Source: Pristiophorus japonicus
Taxonomy: Eukaryota
Length of the DNA stretch: 64,000 nt
NCBI RefSeq assembly: GCF_044704955.1
Contig: NW_027254394.1
Location: forward strand, 310,001 to 374,000
Direction: 5' to 3'
A program made the translations under genes and the position numbers. The notes under the pieces are model-generated. The model was not told the origin of the DNA. It did no database searches and saw only the letters and a program-made list of their open reading frames with translations. Below, piece by piece: positions 61,226 through 64,000 of the stretch (its first letter is position 1; every line of letters starts with the position of its first letter).

Positions 61226-62456
61226 TAACGGGCGACGGTCCCGGAGCATCGCCAGACCAGGAAATCTGGCTGATTTTAATTGCCGGGCCTCATTTGTATA
61301 TAGCTCCCGGGTTCATCATCTTCTCTGTGCATCGGCGGAAGTGACACAGACCCGCGTGATGCAATTTCCTGGCGCCAATTCCAAGGTTCAGCTCAGCACG
61401 GAAATGGAGGAAGAGGTTCGCGCTTTCTACACAGAGGACTGAAGAAGAGGAGCTGTGAGAGGCTGCGGAAAGTGGGAAGGTTGCCGCTATGCCCCCATTT
61501 CACAGAAGCTTCCTCTGATGTTCTGCTGGGCGCTGTCAGAGCCAGGAGGGACGGGCTAGTTCCCACCAGCAGGAAAAGGAAAGCTGCTGTCACAGCTCAA
61601 GGTGTGAGTAGAGGCGGCAGAAGTCAGGAGCAGGAGTGTGACCAGGAGGTTGTGGATTCAGTGCTGTTAATGGTTCAATGACTTGACTAGGTCAGGGAAG
61701 GTCAGTCGATGGTTATCTGCACCCGAATCCTCCAATGCACCCTCGCACACCTCCTCTCATCCTCACTCCCTTCACAAGTTCATCACCCTCTTCCTCACTC
61801 CACCACTGTCAGTAACCGCAATTCTCATCTCATCTGACCTAAATCACCTCCACCCACTCTCATTACACATCCTGAGGTGGCACCGTGACCATGTTCCTCA
61901 AAGGCATGCCATTCCCACTCCTTATGCATCTGCGTGATTCTCACCTTCACCATATGCAGTGCATCCATCGGATGCCACTCACAGGGCTGCAGGATGAAGA
62001 GAGCGCAGAATGCCAGGGAAAGGGCCAGGACCAGAGGAGGGCTGCAGGAAATTGTTAAGAGGAGGCGCTGGTGATCCGTGGCATCTCAAGCACTGTGAGC
62101 ATTGGAGATGGAGAGGTTGGCGGAGCAGGGCGACTGCTTTAATCTTTCATACCTGCACCTCCCACAAAGCAACATCACCCACAGTGGGCTTCACAACATC
62201 ATCACCTGATCAAGTGCTTCATGGGCATATCAACAATTACAAAGTACCATCTCCAAATATTATCTCTTCCTTCTCGCCCCAGTGCCATCACATGAAGAAC
62301 CCGAGCCACTGCCCAGGGAAGATGAAGATTCCTCGAGGACTTTATACCTGCGGAGGATGTACCATCACAGGTTACATGCATTGCAGGCACCAGTGCAGAT
62401 ACCAGCACCTCGGTGATTCTCACTGCACAAATCAACATGAGCAGAGTACTGCATAC
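61226..62456 (+). mobile_element. Harbinger Myb/SANT-like gene fossil
   Basis: PHFTEASSDVLLGAVRARR...SRSVTRRLWIQCC*WFNDLTRSGK|gtcagt. Confidence 0.75.
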
Positions 62457-62467
62457 TGAATGCATAC

Positions 62468-64000
62468 TGAACATGGATATTAAATGTATACAGACATTTA
62501 AGTCGAGAAGTTGAGAACGTGGGAATTATATATGGACAGTATAAGCTAACAAAGAATTCATGGAGGAATAGCCATGACATCTCAGACTCGAGACTGCGAA
62601 ATGTTACAACACTAACACATATTGAAACAAAACACACAGCTTGCAGAAAAACCTCAAGGTCTTATTAAATCATGTTATTAACCTGAAACATTTACAGAAG
62701 GCCTTTGTTTAAAATCAGACCATACTTAGGTCGGCTTATGAGTGGACAAAGGGAAAGAGGGATCAAAAGGGATAGGCTGAACTAGGATGTCACTCTAGCC
62801 CTATCTTGTTATCTTTTACCGAAAATGTATAACCGTCGTCCCTTTACAATGTAACGTCACTTTGTCCGTAGGAAGTGAGTGCGTTCTATCAGAGTTGCAT
62901 TCCTTCTGTCTGATAAGGTCCCCAATCGGGATTTGCTTTTTAAATAAAAGCTTGCCTTGTTTAAAGCACAATCGGTATTCGACTCAGTGATTTCACTGAA
63001 CCAGATTGAGGGAAAAGAATCCAAAAATCAACATTTGGTGTCAGAAGTGGGATCTCAACGGACGACTGCTGAAAACTTGCGAATTAAGAGCCAGACTAGC
63101 CTTGGACGAGACGAGGGGAAAGTGGCCACTGGAATAAGTATACTTTCAATACTGCTCCAGTTTCCCCCGGTTTCAAAAGTCTGAGGAAAGTTTAGCCACT
63201 CGCTGGTTCTCAGGTAGTGTCTGAACGAGATCCAGGACAATCTGGTGAATACCTTTCAAACTTAGAATAGGGATAGAGATAGGGAAATTGCGCGGTGACG
63301 CAAACCAAGCGGCGACTCGGAAAGATAGGTTAGAAGAGGTAAGTCTGCCTGGGTTCAAGGCCCAGAGCCTGCCTGGGTTCGAGGCCCAGTGTCTGTGTGG
63401 GTTCGAGGCCCAAGTAAAACCGCGCGGCAACGCGGAGAGAGAGAGAGAATCGCGCGAACCGCGTAGGGAAACGCGGAGGTTAGGGAATTACGTAAAATTA
63501 AGCCGCGGGACTGCGCGGGACTGTGTAAATTTTAAATTGTACTTACGCCAGGTACGGCGTCAATCTTGTACATCACTTGGTCCACCTAGACTCTGGGTAA
63601 GATAACTGAAACCACCACGGGGCGACGTGGAGACAATCAGGACTAATTAGAACCCTGATCCAACGTGCGGTGACACAGGATGGGTAATTTAGATAAAACT
63701 ACGAATTCCCTGAAAGGTCATGGATCCAAAAATAGAGCCGGCCAAAACAATTAATAGGAAAGAAGAGAGACTCTTGTGAACGTCTGTTTTAAATGAGAAA
63801 TGCTTGTGTGATTTTTACTGTGGAAAAGAAAGCCGGGGAGTTGTGGTTTGTTTTAGCTCCACCCACTTTTTCAAACAGAATGAAAGTTTTTTTAACCCTT
63901 CGTAGTGTTGTCCTGTATGTGGGAAGTTTAAGAGTGTGAGCCTTATTGAATTACGTATATTCGGATGATAAGTTATGAAGCCAGGAAATGCACAAAGGAT
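62468..64000 (+). mobile_element. 5' LTR (ends 63033), tRNA-Leu PBS and long leader of an ERV/LTR element, truncated by the window edge
   Basis: AATAAA at 62943; ...CAACA followed by TGGTGTCAGAAGTGGGAT (63036-63053), complementary to the tRNA-Leu 3' end; LTR start approximate. Confidence 0.85.

Overview
This window is vertebrate DNA, most likely from a shark or ray, inferred from the CR1, L2, RTE, DeuSINE and Harbinger repeat content. By eye, about 85-90% is nested, decayed transposable elements: CR1 LINEs of several subfamilies, a full Gypsy element with both LTRs, two solo LTRs, the 5' end of an LTR/ERV element with a tRNA-Leu PBS, Harbinger fossils and MITEs, a Tc1/mariner MITE, L2, RTE, SINEs and three minisatellites. 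The unique sequence between them holds three co-oriented (minus strand) Ig V-set exons at about 16.5, 40.5 and 57.4 kb. In each, V and a J-like motif are already fused in one exon (C-x-x-W-G-x-I-[YS]-G-N-G-T-x-L-x-V-T, then a phase-1 donor) with no RSS. One exon is intact, one has a 1-nt homopolymer frameshift and one is a clear pseudogene. Nearby are a small ITIM-encoding exon candidate (SIYSEL) and a badly decayed C1-like exon candidate. Together these suggest a cluster of non-rearranging antigen-receptor-like or NK-receptor-like genes undergoing birth and death. There is also an orphan CpG-island promoter with E2F, CDE-CHR, CCAAT and GC boxes and a 10-nt coding first exon. No complete host gene could be assembled, and all family assignments come from motif recognition without database searches.
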